In this document: positions 1-12,159 of the stretch, one piece after another
Numbering within the stretch: the stretch's first letter is position 1
How the letters are laid out: each line of letters opens with the position of its first letter
Notes under the pieces: model-generated
What the model saw: only the letters and a program-made list of their open reading frames with translations
Database searches by the model: none
What the model was told of the DNA's origin: nothing
Made by a program: the position numbers and the translations under genes
Origin: Cetorhinus maximus
Lineage: Eukaryota
DNA: 64,000 nt
NCBI RefSeq assembly: GCF_964194155.1
Contig: NC_135898.1
Coordinates: 92,194,001 to 92,258,000 of the forward strand
Reading direction: 5' to 3'

Positions 1-1012
1 AGGATGGTGAGTGACTTGGAGGGGAACTTCCAGGTGGTGCCATTCCCATCTATCTGCTGCCCTTGTCATTCCAGATGGTAGTGGTCATGGGTTTGGAAGA
101 TGCTGTCTGAGGAGTCTTGGTGAGTTCCTGCAGTGCATCTTGTAGATGGTACACACTGCTGCCACTGTGCGTCGGTGGTGGTGAAAGTGAATCAGAATGT
201 TTGTGGATTTTGTGCCAATCAAGTTGGCTGCTTTGTCCTGGATAGTGTGGAGTTTCCTGAGTGTTGTGGGAATTGCTCTCGTCCAGGCAAGTGGAGAGTA
301 TTCCATCACACTCCTGACCTGTTCCTTGTAGATGGTGGATAGGCTTGGGTGGGAGTTAGGAGGTGAGTTACTCATTGCAGGATTCCTAGCCTCTGACTTG
401 TTCTTATAGCCACAATATTCAGTCAAGCTAGTCCAGTTCAGCTTCTGGTCAACGGTAACCCGCAGGATGTCGATGGTGGAGTATTCAGTGATGGTAATAC
501 CATTGAATGTCAAGGGGTGATAGTCAAAGGTGGTCATTGCCTGGCACTTATGTGGCGTGAATGTCAGTTGCCACTTGTCAGCCCAAATCTGGATATTGTC
601 CAGATCTTGCTGCATTTGGACATGGACTGCTTCAGTATCTGAGGAGTTGCGAATGGTGCTGAACATTGTGCAATCATCAGCGAACATCCCTGCTTCTGAT
701 CTTATGATGGAAGGAAGGTCATTGATGAAGTAGCTGAGATGATTGGGCCGAGGGCACTACCCTGAGGAACTGCTGCAGTGATGCTCTGGAACCATCTTCC
801 ATTGTGCTAGGTATGACTCTAACCAGTGGAGAGTTTTCCCCTGATTCTCACTGACTCCAGTTTTGCTAGGGCTCCTTGATGCCACACTCAGTCAAATGCG
901 GCCTTGATGTCAAAGGCAGTCACTCTCACCTCACCTCGGGAGTTCAGCGGTTTTGTCCATGTTTGAACCAATGCTGTAATGAGATCAGGAGCTGAGTGAT
1001 CCTGGCGGAACC
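1..1012 (-). mobile_element. Decayed CR1/L2-group LINE fragment (family A), ORF2 RT C-terminal half
   Basis: ORF 85..687(-) reads MFADDCTMFSTIR...DNIQIWADKWQLTF...IYKEQVRSVMEYSPLAW...IQDKAA, typical of non-LTR RT FADD and thumb regions, with frameshifts. The same sequence recurs many times in the window. Confidence 0.9.
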
Positions 1013-1275
1013 CTAATTGCCATTGAGAAGGTGGTGATGAGCTGCCTTCTTGAGCTGCTGCAGTCCATGTGGTGTAGATACACCCACAGTGCTGTTAGGG
1101 AGGGAGTTCCAGGATTTTGACCCAGCGACAGTGAAGGGACGGTGATATAATGTCAGGTCAGAGTGGTTTGTGGCTTAGATGGAAACTTGCAGGTGGTGGT
1201 GTTCCCATCCATCTGCTGCCCTTGTCCTTCTAGATGGTAGAGGCTGCAGGTTTGGAAGGTGCTGCTGAAGGAGTG
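1012..1275 (-). mobile_element. LINE family A 3' end (truncated tail), part of an inverted duplication
   Basis: Reverse complement of the family tail (ggtcaaaatcctggaactccctccctaacagcactgtgggtg...caccaccttctcaa.ggcaattaggg). Near-identical to 10308-10560. Confidence 0.85.
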
Positions 1276-1519
1276 ATGACTTGGTTATTCAGTTCCGTCT
1301 TTGTCACATTACACAGAATATAGAAATGTTGCAATATATGCAGACACTGACTGCCCCAACCTGTGTCCCTCCTCTTACCAAACCACAGTCAAAAATATTT
1401 TCCTTCATGCAATCAATAAGCTTTCTGAATTTTAACAAATGAGTTTGCTTCAGAAACAATCTCCAGCTATCTCCAAAAACAGGTTAAATTGTTCATGATA
1501 GTGACTTGCAGCAAACTTC

Positions 1520-2455
1520 ATCTTCAGCTGCTTCATCAATGACCTTCCTTCCATCATAAGATCAGAAGTGGGGATGTTCGCTGATGATTGCACAATGTTC
1601 AGCACCATTCGTGACTCCTCAGATACTGAAGCAGTCCATGTCCAAATGCAGCAAGAGCTGGACAATATCCAGGCTTGGGCTGACAAGTGGCAAGTAACAT
1701 TCGTGCCACACAAGTGTCAGGCAATGACCATCTCCAACAAGAGAGAATCTAACCATCGCCCCTTGACATTCAATGACATTGCCATCACTGAATGCCCCCA
1801 CTATCAAGATCCTGGGGGTTATTGACCAGAAACCGAACTGGACTAGCCATATAAATACTATGGCTACAAGAGCAGGCCAGAGGCTGGGAATCCTGCGATG
1901 AGTAACTCACCTCCTGACTCACCAAAGTCTGTCCATCATCTACAAGCCACAAGTCAGGAGTGTGATGGAATACTCCCCAATTGCCTGGATGAGTGCAGCT
2001 CCGACAGCACTCAGGAAGCTTGACACCATCCAGGACAAAGCAACCCTGCTTGATTGGCACCATATCCACAAAAATTCACTCCCTCCACCACCGACACAGT
2101 GTGTACCATCTACAAGATGCACCGCAGGAGTTCACCAAGGCTCCTTTGACAGCACCTTCCAAACCCATGACCACTACCACCTAGAAGGACCAGGGCAACA
2201 TTTAAATGGGAACAACACCACCTGGAATTTCCCCTCCAAGTTACTCACCATCCTGACTTGGAAACATATCGCCATTTCTTCATTGCCGCTAGGTTAAAAC
2301 CCGGGAACTCCGTTCCTAACAGTACTGTGGAAGTCCCTACACCACATGGACTGCAGCGGCTCAAGAAGGCAGCTCACCGCTGCCTTCTCAAGGGCAATTA
2401 GGGATGGGCAATAAATGCTGGCCCAGCCAGCGACGACCGCATCCTGTGAATGATT
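1520..2455 (+). mobile_element. 5'-truncated LINE family A copy with complete 3' tail
   Basis: ORFs 1568 (MGMFADDC...) and 1962 (MMEYSPIAW...). Ends in aagggcaattagggatgggcaataaatgctggcccagccagcgac...catcctgtgaatga. Confidence 0.9.
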
Positions 2456-3921
2456 TTTAAAAAATGTTAATTTGGACTGCAGTTGCAGAATCTGAGTAGG
2501 GAGTACCAAAGTATAAGAGACAAGATTAAGATAATGTTTTTTCATGCATAAGGCACGTGTGAAACAAATGCCCAGCAAAAACTAATTAACACTTTTAATA
2601 GCAACTCTGCTTAGTTCAGTGCTTAAGAACGGACACAGCTGAGCAAGCATGCAGTCGTTCATGTGCTCTTGGGTCCATAAATCAATTGCCTGTGTGGAAC
2701 TCAACTGGTCAGAGTCGGACTTGTGGATTATCAAGTTGGATCAGCATCCTAGAGTTTTATTTGAAATTGCTGGTTTAAAATTTCACAGGGGTTTTATTTG
2801 CTCTGTAGTTTATCCTCTGTAGTTTGTCCCTGTCTGACTGCTTCTCTCAAGGCTGATTTGGTTGGAAAGATTCTGTGAAAGGATAGGTTGCACATGGCCT
2901 TTGGACTAAATAGCCTAGATGGGCTGATTAGCCTTTCCCATCCTGTGGTATTGAAATAACCCCATCCAGCAGGAAGTTGAGATTAATTTTTTTTGTGTGT
3001 TTCTGACGTCAGCAGAATTTAATTTTACACTTAGGAGTTGAGAAAAGAAAGCCAGAATCGCACATATATGAAAATCAATATATGCAGACTTAAAGCTGAT
3101 TATACTAGGGTGAGTACATTCAGTAGAGGGGGGGCAGCCCGTACTTTAGACCAGAGCAGGACCAGATCACAGGAAAGCACCCACAGATAGGCATTGTGGT
3201 GCCATCTTTCCATGTACAGCAGCAATGCTTGTCTGAAGCTTCTATTTGCAATGTCTGTGATTTTTCATTCGTTGATTTTACTGGACGAGAAAGAGTGGTC
3301 ACTGACAGACCCGGCCACTGGGCGAGGCTATCCGGGAAGCGGGTGCTTGGAAAGACAGCCCCAAATTGGCATTCTTGTGTTTTGACTCAGGTGTGAGCTA
3401 AAGTAAGCATTACCTGTCTTTGCTGGATGAACGAGATAATTGATTTAGTACGCAGAATTAACAGCACTGAAAGGGGCCGTTTGGCCTATCTGGCCCTTGC
3501 TAATGTTTATGCTCCACACTGTCTCCTCCCACCCTATTTTACCAAACCCGATCAGCCTATCCGTCTATTCCCTTTCCCTCAGGTTTTACCCTTCAGATGG
3601 ATCTATACTATTCACCTCAATTACTCCACATGATAGAAAGTTCCACGTGGTAATTGATCTGTAGCCAAAGAAGTGCCAGCCTAATCTTCACCATCCTCTC
3701 CCTGTACCACCCCATTCCCCTACCCTTCCTGAAAGCACAGCATCCTGCTGGGATACAGTTCAAAGGGTGCTGAGTCCAAATGGCCAACATCCATAAATCA
3801 AGGTGGCTTTTGGACCCATGATGGCAGGAGGCATTATACACAATCCGGATCCTGTACCCCCCAAAACATTTACATACTTCCCAAGGGTCATGCGATAGCA
3901 ATCAGGTGGCATGAGCTTGGC

Positions 3922-4410
3922 ATAAGAACAGGAACAAGCCATTCAGCCCCTCAACCCTGCCTAACCATCCAATTCTGATCTGTCCTCTGACTCCATTTCC
4001 CCGCTTTAGCTCTATATCCCTTGACACCCTTATATCTAACAAACATTATTGACCTTAGTGCTGAAAGCTCCAATTTTCCCAGATTTTGCAGCCATTTTGG
4101 AGGAGAGAATTCCTGATTTCCATGGTCTTTTCTGAGAAAATTGTGCTTCCTCATTTCCCTCCTGATTGGCCTGGCTCTAAATTTTAAGATTATGGCCCCC
4201 ATGCTCTTGATTCCCACACTCTTAAACGGGTTGTCACTTTTTCCTCTCTTTTTTTTCAATCTTGCATGTTTTGGTTTCTTTTGTACATTTTTTTTGACTT
4301 TTTGTAATTTTCTCACGTTTTTCACACTTGGAAATTTTCACATATTTTCCTGACCTTTTTCCTTCATTGGAAGGAGAGGAAATTGTTTCTCGTATCTACC
4401 CTAACATTTA
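3922..4410 (-). mobile_element. CR1 LINE family B (HER1-like) 3' fragment, interrupted by T-rich sequence
   Basis: gccattcagcccctcaaccctgc...ctccatttccccgctttagctctatatcccttga is the reverse complement of the tail also seen at 8940-9010 and 63900-64000. Confidence 0.6.
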
Positions 4411-5392
4411 ACATTTTTAACATTTCATATAGCTCATCTAACTAAGCATGGCATGCTGGCTAATGCCCCTTTCACAGTTTCTGTCAATGGCTTTTCCTGA
4501 CTGTGCCTTTATGCATTGACATTAAGGATGTAAAGGCAGACAATCTCTCTCTCTCTCTTTATTTAGCTGTTTCCTTGGTTTGACCATGACATGGTTTATA
4601 TCACTCGTGTATCACAAGAGGGTGTCTTGTCACAATTCACATTTTTCTGTTGCAAATTTGAGCTTCTTAAATGCCAAATGAATCCAGAGTTATTGCCTCA
4701 GTCAATAAATTGCATTGTGACAACCAATGAGTTTGAGGTGGAGTGAGGCTTATGGTAGCACTCACAGAAATAAGTCTATTTTACAGTAAACAGATTTGCT
4801 TAGCAAGGAGAATCTGTACTACAGCAAACAGTCTACAGAGTCTATTTGTAGAGGACTCTCAACTGTAGGAAACAGAACTGATGACTGAAACTATAGTGAT
4901 GTCTCACAATAAAAACAGGGCAATTTTTCCAGCAAAATGCAGTGAGTGGAAGATTGTTACATACAAATGATATGCCCAAAACCGGTTCCAGTCACGCAGC
5001 AGTGACTGGTGGGGGAATTACCGAATCACCTCCATTCTGGCTGGGAACAGTGGCATCACCATCTGCAACCAAATTAATCCAGGCGAAATATGACAATATA
5101 AAATTCCATTTGCCTCCCAAATTTTGCAGCAACTTTTTAAAAACTTTTTCATCATTGATCAACTATCATTTCAGTTCCCACACCTCTTTGTTCATCATAT
5201 AATAATGGCAATTCTTCTATGGGAACTTGTGCATCACACATTGTATAATGGTCCTGAAACACGTTCCTCTTTTCCTCTGTAGAATTGGCCAGAAAGTCTG
5301 AAGTGGTCTCCGTGTAGGATCAATGTTGGAGACGTTGTTTCTCTAGTCACGTCGAAAGGTTTTCTCAATAATCTTGTTGGCAGTGCCATTTA

Positions 5393-5810
5393 GAAAGAAC
5401 TTACATTTATCTACCACCTTTCATGACCTTTGGATGTTCCAAAGTACTTTTGACATGTCGCTACTGTTGCAATGTAATGTGGCATCCAATTTGGACACAG
5501 CAAACTCCCACAAAAAGCAATGTGATGATGATCAGATAACCTGTTTCTTGTGATATTTCTTGAGGGATAAACATTGGCCAGGGCACCAGGGATAACTCCC
5601 CTGATTTTCAAAATAGCGCCATGGGCTCTTTAACGACCACCTGGGAAGACAGGCGGGCCTTGGCTTAACATCTCGTATGAAACACGGCACCTCTGACCGT
5701 AGAGCACCCCCTCAGTGCTGGCCCTGGGAGTATCAGCCTGAGTTTCATGCTCAAGTCTCTAGAGTGGAACTTGAGCCCAGGACCTTCTGGCTCAGAGGTG
5801 AGGGTGCCAA
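5393..5810 (-). mobile_element. DeuSINE (SacSINE1-like) tRNA-derived SINE
   Basis: The minus strand has a tRNA-like head (ctctgagccagaaggtcctgggctcaagttccactctagagacttgagca), a Deu-like core (gagatgttaagccaaggcccgcctg...caggtgg) and an L2-like tail. Homologous copies lie at 39655, 45275 and 62218. Confidence 0.75.
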
Positions 5811-5930
5811 TGCTCATCTTCCAGACATTCTTAGTAAATGGTTTACATTCCGAATTTGGAATATCTTAACCCTTTCCTTCCTGTCCAGCTTGCCACGCAT
5901 CCAAGCTCTTGTCACTTGTGTTGCTGTCTA

Positions 5931-6075
5931 AGGGCGGGATTTTCCACACCCGCCCGCCCCCCGGGAGCCTCCAGTCCCGTCGCGAGTCAATGGACTTCCG
6001 GCTGAGGCACCGCCTCACCCACAGCGGGTCCTGCCCGCGACAGTGGGGGGGGGGGGTGGGGGGGGGGGGGGTGTG
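5931..6075. mobile_element. Short PIF/Harbinger-type MITE remnant
   Basis: Begins gggcgggattttcc, the terminal motif shared by the MITEs here. The right end has decayed into a G run. Confidence 0.5.
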
Positions 6076-6077
6076 GA

Positions 6078-6425
6078 AGGAAGAGGTGATGGCGTAGTGG
6101 TATTGTTGCTGGATGAGTAATCCAGAGACCCCCCTAGGGACCTGGGTTGGAATCCCACCACAGCAGATGGTGGTATTTGAATTCAATAAAAACCTGGAAT
6201 TGAAAGTCTAATGATGACCATGAAACTATTGTCGATTGTTGTAAAAACCCATCTGGTTCACTAATGGAAGGAAATCTGCCGTCTTCACCTGGTCTGACCT
6301 ACATGTGACTCCAGACCCCACAGCAATGTGGTTGAGTCTTAAGTACCCTCTGAACAAGGGCAATTAGGGATGGGCAATAAATGCTGGCCTAGCCAGCGGC
6401 ACCCACATCCCATGAGTGAATAAAA
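6078..6425 (+). mobile_element. tRNA-derived SINE sharing its 3' tail with LINE family A
   Basis: A-box-like tggcgtagtgg and B-box-like ggttggaatccc. The 3' end aagggcaattagggatgggcaataaatgctggcctagccagc matches the LINE A tail. Other copies at 42530 and 53925. Confidence 0.8.
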
Positions 6426-7139
6426 ATAATCCCAGCCTAAATCTCAGAGACCTTTGTGTTGACGTCCTTTCCTGCTTTACTGATCTCAAGTGATCCCAAT
6501 TGTTAACCTCCTCTAATACTTCATTTTTGTTTAAACTGTGCTTCTGTTTCCTTTTCTATTCCAATGTGCGACCCTTAAACTGCAAATGCGATTAAAGCTG
6601 ATGAAAAGCAGTGATGAATAGTCTTTTTTATTGTTTTAATGTCTTACCTGCCGCCTAACTCTGCTAAAAAGGATGGATTCCACTCCTTACAGTAGCTGAG
6701 CTGTTAAAGAGGTTCCCTTATCATCGTTTAAATACAATTGCGGTGGACACTTATTCATCCATTGTAATAGATCAGTAGCTGAGTGAAAGAATCCTACTGA
6801 AACAGCTCATTTACTGCATATCTGAACAGTTACCTGAATCCTGAACAGCTTTCTAAACGGTAAATGGATTCTCTCTAATAATCCTTGTTGTGCCAAAAGA
6901 AAATAATAAGATAAGGCTTGCGTAAGTATATCGCTTTGCCATGTTTGTCGGAAAGGTCTGGGAAGGATTATGTGTTCACTAAGTTACAACAATGCCTGTT
7001 ACATAGGCAAGTGCAAGAGGGCTGCTGTAGCTCAGCTGGTTTGCCACCGCCCTCTCAGGACCATTAGGGATGGACAGCAAACGCTGGCCCAGCCAGCGAC
7101 ACCCGCAGCCTTGCATATAGTTAGGCAGCAAAAAAACCA

Positions 7140-7634
7140 GGGCCTGAATTTTTCGGATGGTGGGGGTCTCACTTCCCACCACCTGAATAGTCAGTAGGGA
7201 ACACATCCCCACTGACTCCGAGTGTCCCCGCAGCCATTTCCACGCTCGAGTGATCGTCCAGTGGCTGCAGTCTCAGGCATCCCCATGCAATTCCTCGTCA
7301 GTCCCTGCAGGGACTGGAGAGCTGCTGGCCGGGGGACTTCCTCCCGAGCGAGGGGTGGATGTCCCGCCTGCAGCCTCTTGACGCTCGTTCGAGCGTGAAA
7401 TAGCTGCAGGCTTCCCCAACTCAACATCAATCCTCCCGCCCGTCTAAAAATCGAGGCTGGGCCGGAAACAGCCCTTAAGTGGCCAGTAATTGGCCTTGTC
7501 TATGTGAACTTGCTGCGTGGTCAGGGTGGGTGGGAACCCGGGGGAAACCCTGTTCCTTCAGCTCTTCCCCCACCCCCCCCACCCCACCCACCCCCACCTA
7601 AAAACCCACCGGCAGGGGAGCGTAAAATTCAGGG
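7140..7634. mobile_element. PIF/Harbinger-type MITE
   Basis: Termini gggcctgaatttt ... aaaattcaggg, with GC-rich interior. Confidence 0.6.
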
Positions 7635-7842
7635 TTTTTTTATGCTGTTGTTTGAGCGAGGCATGGTACCAAGGAGAGCTCACGGTTCTTCTTCAGGTTG
7701 TGCCCCTGAACTTCAGCTTCCACTAGGTGCCAAGCCCAGTCGGGTAAATTTCTGGTGGTTATGTCACCTTCCATTGCGAACCATCGCCACCCCTAACACC
7801 CTGCCTCCCATCCCCCATGATCACTGCTTTACAGCACCAATT

Positions 7843-8340
7843 TGGGCTGAATTTTAGTTCTGGGGCCGGGGAAATTGCGCCTCTGTTCCTGCTTCCAGAG
7901 CCCTTCCAAAATCCAGTCCTTTGTTATCCAATTGGATGAACCTTGACTCTTTGTGAAACAGCTTTCTTATGCCCCCAGCTCCAATCCTTTTATTATTACT
8001 GAAACTCTTCAAAGAAAATGAGGAAATCGAAATGGCCCCGCTCTCCCCAGCTTTGGAGACCGGACGTACCCCACAAGGTCTGCTACGGGACCCCGCGGAA
8101 GTCCCGACGCAATGATTCCATGAGAAGTTTGAACTTCCAAGGGGCAATTCCCATGCTTCCCGGAACCCTCCAAAAATGTCTCTAACTCTTGAGTTAAAGT
8201 CAGAGACTTTGTACAGTTCCACTTACTTACCTGGACAGTTACCCTAGAAAACTCCTAGTCTAACTATTGGGTAACAATACAATGGACTCGCCGGATACCC
8301 CCTAACCCCCGCCCCCACCTCCCGAATCTCTCCCGAACCA
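7843..8340. mobile_element. PIF/Harbinger-type MITE, second family (related to 38575-39640 in the opposite orientation)
   Basis: Starts gggctgaatttt. Internal aacttccaaggggcaattccc resembles the reverse complement of gggtaattgcccaagggaagatt near 39595. Confidence 0.5.
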
Positions 8341-8545
8341 GCCTGACGTGACTTCAAGGTTTCCTCTTGCCACCCTAAATGTAGGTGGCATGATCAATGC
8401 AGCGGGGAAGTGTTCCTATGCCAGTTATTTCTAGCAAGATCATAAATGTCTTCAAAGGAAATGCATTTATAATTTTGCTGGAAGTAATGAACAGAGTAAA
8501 TTTCCTCCCTTGTGAAGTTCTGGCAAGCATTTGTACCTCAGTCAA

Positions 8546-8650
8546 CATTCTGGTGAAGAGTCACACGGACTCGAAACGTTAACTGTATTCCTCTCTGCAG
8601 ATGCTGTCAGACCTGCTGAGTTTTTCCAGGTATTTTTGTTTTTGCTTTTG
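8546..8650 (+). mobile_element. Penelope family 1 terminal (pLTR) fragment with degenerate minimal hammerhead motif
   Basis: ctggtga-a-gagtc-acacg-gactc-gaaa-cgtt-aac followed by gatgctgtcagacctgctgagtttttccagg, the terminus of the Penelope at 30118-31590. Confidence 0.75.
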
Positions 8651-8654
8651 TTTA

Positions 8655-9010
8655 AGAATCTATCTACCTACCCCTGCCTTAAAAATATATAATGATCCCG
8701 CCTCCACTGCCTTCTGAGGCAGAGAATTCCAAAGTCGCACAACCCTCTGAGAGAAAAAAACTCTCCTCATCTCTGTCCTAAAAGGGCGACCCCTGATTAA
8801 AACAGTGGCCCCTAATTCTGGACTCACCCACAAGAGGAAACATCCTTTCCACGTCCACCTTGTCAAGACAGATTCTTGTTAGGCAAGGGAATCGAAGGTT
8901 ATCGGGGGTAGGCGGGAATGTGGAATTCGAAACACAAACAGATCAGCCATGATCTTAATGAATGGCGGAGCAGGCTCGAGGGGCTGAATGGCCTACTTCT
9001 GCTCCTATTT
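8655..9010. mobile_element. CR1 family B (HER1-like) 3' fragment with inverted 5' segment
   Basis: 8655-8868 encodes the ORF2 C-terminus on the minus strand (FFSQRVVRLWNSLP). 8869-9010 is the contiguous 3' tail on the plus strand. agattctt occurs at both junctions. Confidence 0.75.
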
Positions 9011-9117
9011 TTTTGGTTTGTAAAGACAACTTTTTGCTGTGTGATACTTTGAGACATCGTCAGGATGCGAATGGTGCTATGTGAATGCAGGTCCTTTCTT
9101 GTTATTTTAGTTTTTTT

Positions 9118-10060
9118 TCATTGACTCATGGGATGTGAGCGTCACTGGCTAGGTCAACATTCACTTCCCATCGCTAATTGCCCTTGAGAAGGTGGTGGTG
9201 AGCTGCCGTCTTGAACCGCTGCAGTCCATGTTGTGTAGATACACTCTCAGTGTTGTTAGTCAGGGCATTCCAGGATTTTGACCCAGCGACAGTGAAGGAA
9301 CGGCGATATGTTTCCAAGTCAGGATGGTGAGTGGCTTAGAGGGGAACTTCCAGGTGATGATGTTCCCATGTGTCTGCTGCCCTTGACCTTCTAGATGGTA
9401 GTGGTCGTGGGTTTGGACGGTGCTGTCTAAGGAGGCTTGGTGAATTCCTGCAGCGCATCTTGTAGGTGGTACACTCTACTGTTACTGTGCATCAGTGGTG
9501 GAGGGAGTGAATGTGGATGGGGTGCCAATCAAGTGGGCTGCTTTGTCCTGAATGGTGTCAAGCTTCTTGAGTGTTGTTGAAGACGCACTCATCCAGGCAA
9601 GTGGGGAGTATTTCAACCCACTCCAGACTTGTGCCTTGTAGATAGTGGACAGCTTTGGGGAGTCAGGAGGTGAGTTACTCACTGGAAGATTCCTAGCCTT
9701 TGACCTGCTCTTGTAGCCACAGTATTTATATGGCTAGTCCAGTTCAGTTTCTGGTCAATGGTAACCCCCAGGATGTTGATAGTGAGGGATTCAGTGATGG
9801 TAATGCCATTGAATGTCAAGGGGCAATGGTTAGGTTCTCTCTTGTTGGAGATGGTCATTGCCTGGTACTTGTGTGGTGCGAATGTTACTTGCCACTTGTC
9901 AGCCCAAGCCTGAATATTGTCCAGCTCTTGCTGCATTTGGACATGGGCTGCTTCAGTATCTGAGGAGTCACGAATGGTGCTGAACATTGTGCAATCATCA
10001 GCAAACATCCCCACTTCTGACCTTATGATGGAAGGAAGGTCATTGATGAAGCAGCTGAAG
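9118..10060 (-). mobile_element. 5'-truncated LINE family A copy
   Basis: ORF 9679..10014(-) MGMFADDC...ILGVTIDQKLNWTSHI, plus the family tail near 9120-9200. Confidence 0.9.
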
Positions 10061-10307
10061 ATGAAGTTTGCTGCAAGTCACTATCATGAACAATTTAACC
10101 TGTTTTTGGAGATAGCTGGAGATTGTTTCTGAAACAAGCTCATTTGTTAAAATTCAGAAAGCTTATGGATTGCATGAAGGAAAATATTTTTGACTGTGGT
10201 TTGGTAAGAGGAGGGACACAGGTTGGGGCAGTCAGTGTCTGCATATATTGCAACATCTCTATATTCTGTGTAATGTGACAAAGACGGAACTGAATAACCA
10301 AGTCATC

Positions 10308-10610
10308 ACTCCTTCAGCAGCACCTTCCAAACCTGCAGCCTCTACCATCTAGAAGGACAAGGGCAGCAGATGGATGGGAACACCACCACCTGCAAGTTTC
10401 CGTCTAAGCCACAAACCACCCTGACCTGGCATTATATCACCGTCCCTTCACTGTCGCTGGGTCAAAATCCTGGAACTTCCTCCCTAACAGCACTGTGGGT
10501 GTACCTACACCACATGGACTGCAGTGGCTCACCACCACCTTCTCAAGGGCAATTAGGGATGGGCCATAAACGCTGGCCCAGCCAGCGAAGCCCACATCCT
10601 GTGAAAGAAT
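10308..10610 (+). mobile_element. LINE family A 3' end
   Basis: Complete family tail ending cccacatcctgtgaaagaat. Confidence 0.85.
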
Positions 10611-12159
10611 GATACAAGTTCTCCTTACACCAGCATTCCATGTGATATACTGCGTCGAAATTTCTCTCAGTCTGCATGGTCCCTACAGGTATAGCTCTTT
10701 TGAAGTTTAACATTTGTAGTCAATGTTTGAAAATTAAATCCTGCTGCACATTTCCTTGGCAATGGAAGGCAATATTGTGACAAGTAAGGAACTCGCCTTC
10801 TCTAAATCCTCAAGGTGTTGGCTCAAACCCTAGTGTCTGTTTAAGGGCTGAATTCACCAATGTCATGCACCAAGAGGGAGATATACTCAAAGAATGGGAG
10901 AAAGGAGGTGTTCGGAAGAACTCACTGGTTCCCACAGTGTCTCCCACCTGCACCCTCTTCCTCTCAGCACATGGGAACCAGTGAATTTACCCTCAAGTGC
11001 CATTTTCTCCAGAGTAAGATCTCCTAATATTTAATTTTCAGAATCCTGTTTGCTTCAGGACAATAAATAAAGTGTCCTTTCTTTTAGAATAATATTTGTT
11101 TTTAGAAACATGTTGCAGAATTTCCCTAGAAGTAATTACTACAAAAATAAACACAAACTGGTTTACACTCTGACCAAATGCCATCTGGACTGAGCAGATA
11201 ATTTATTGATCTGTAATTTATTGAAAAGAAACAAAATAATTTGAAATAAGGAGCGTTGGGAGAAGGGGGTGGTGGGGGGGTGGGTGTGGAATATCTCCGA
11301 AAACTCCAACACACATACAAGCCAGTGTATTAATGCACCAAGCCCTTTAGGGCATTCTCATGTGAAAAAAAAAACGACAGATAAAAGCACCATATCTCAG
11401 GCTAACAGCAACATTCTGAGCTGTGTTGAGTGGAGTTGAAGTCAAAGTACTTGGAATAATGCAAATTGCCTGACTGGCTGTCACAAAAGGACTTCTGAAA
11501 ATAACTCCGAGGTTAGTGAGGACCACGTTCTGGGGCTGCATAATAAATGATTCCTTTTCTTTCTTTGTGTTAGCTCATAAGAGATTGCAAGAGTGTGGGC
11601 TTTGTCAAGCTTGAACTTTAAATCCATTGCCTTTGGGGTCTTAAGGGCCCAATCTTTGACACAGGTGATTTGGTGTGTAGATTTTTTTTGTGTGAATGAC
11701 CCAAAGTATAAATCTGTCAAGCCCATTCGCCTGGCCTTTTCTCAGAGGGGAGCAAGCAGTTAATATCCACACTTGATGATACATCGCGTCTCAGACGTGT
11801 GTTAAGTTGCATCCTCCTTGCGGGGGTGGGGGTGGGGGTGGGGGCTGGGAAGTCCCTACAAAACGTTCTGTTTTTTTTCTTCTAAATGTGCGGCTGGATT
11901 CTCAAACCCTGGGGTTGGGACCCAGTCCGAGTGTGATTGAAAATCCCAGTCTCGGAGGTCCTGAAGCCTCCGAGGCTTTTTGAAATTTTCAAAATGCTGC
12001 CGGGTTTTTGGTGGAGGGGGTGGGAAATGGGCAACCTCCAATCAATGGCCCATTCAGCTCCTTTAGGAGCCTGTTAAGGGGCAGTGGGATTCGGGAATGC
12101 AATTTTTAAGCTAATTTTGGTGAACCCGAACAGTCTGGTACACGCAGCTGTGGAAGGCC

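Noticed and set aside
3363-3385. Short match to the Penelope family 2 3' UTR (aaattggcattcttgtgttt)
   Set aside because: Only ~20 bp and the hammerhead does not follow; insufficient to call.
3951-4353. Lys-rich ORF and hydrophobic antisense ORF
   Set aside because: Products of a T-rich low-complexity tract within a CR1 fragment.
6085-6165. tRNA-like A/B boxes
   Set aside because: SINE head followed by SINE body and LINE tail; no complete cloverleaf.
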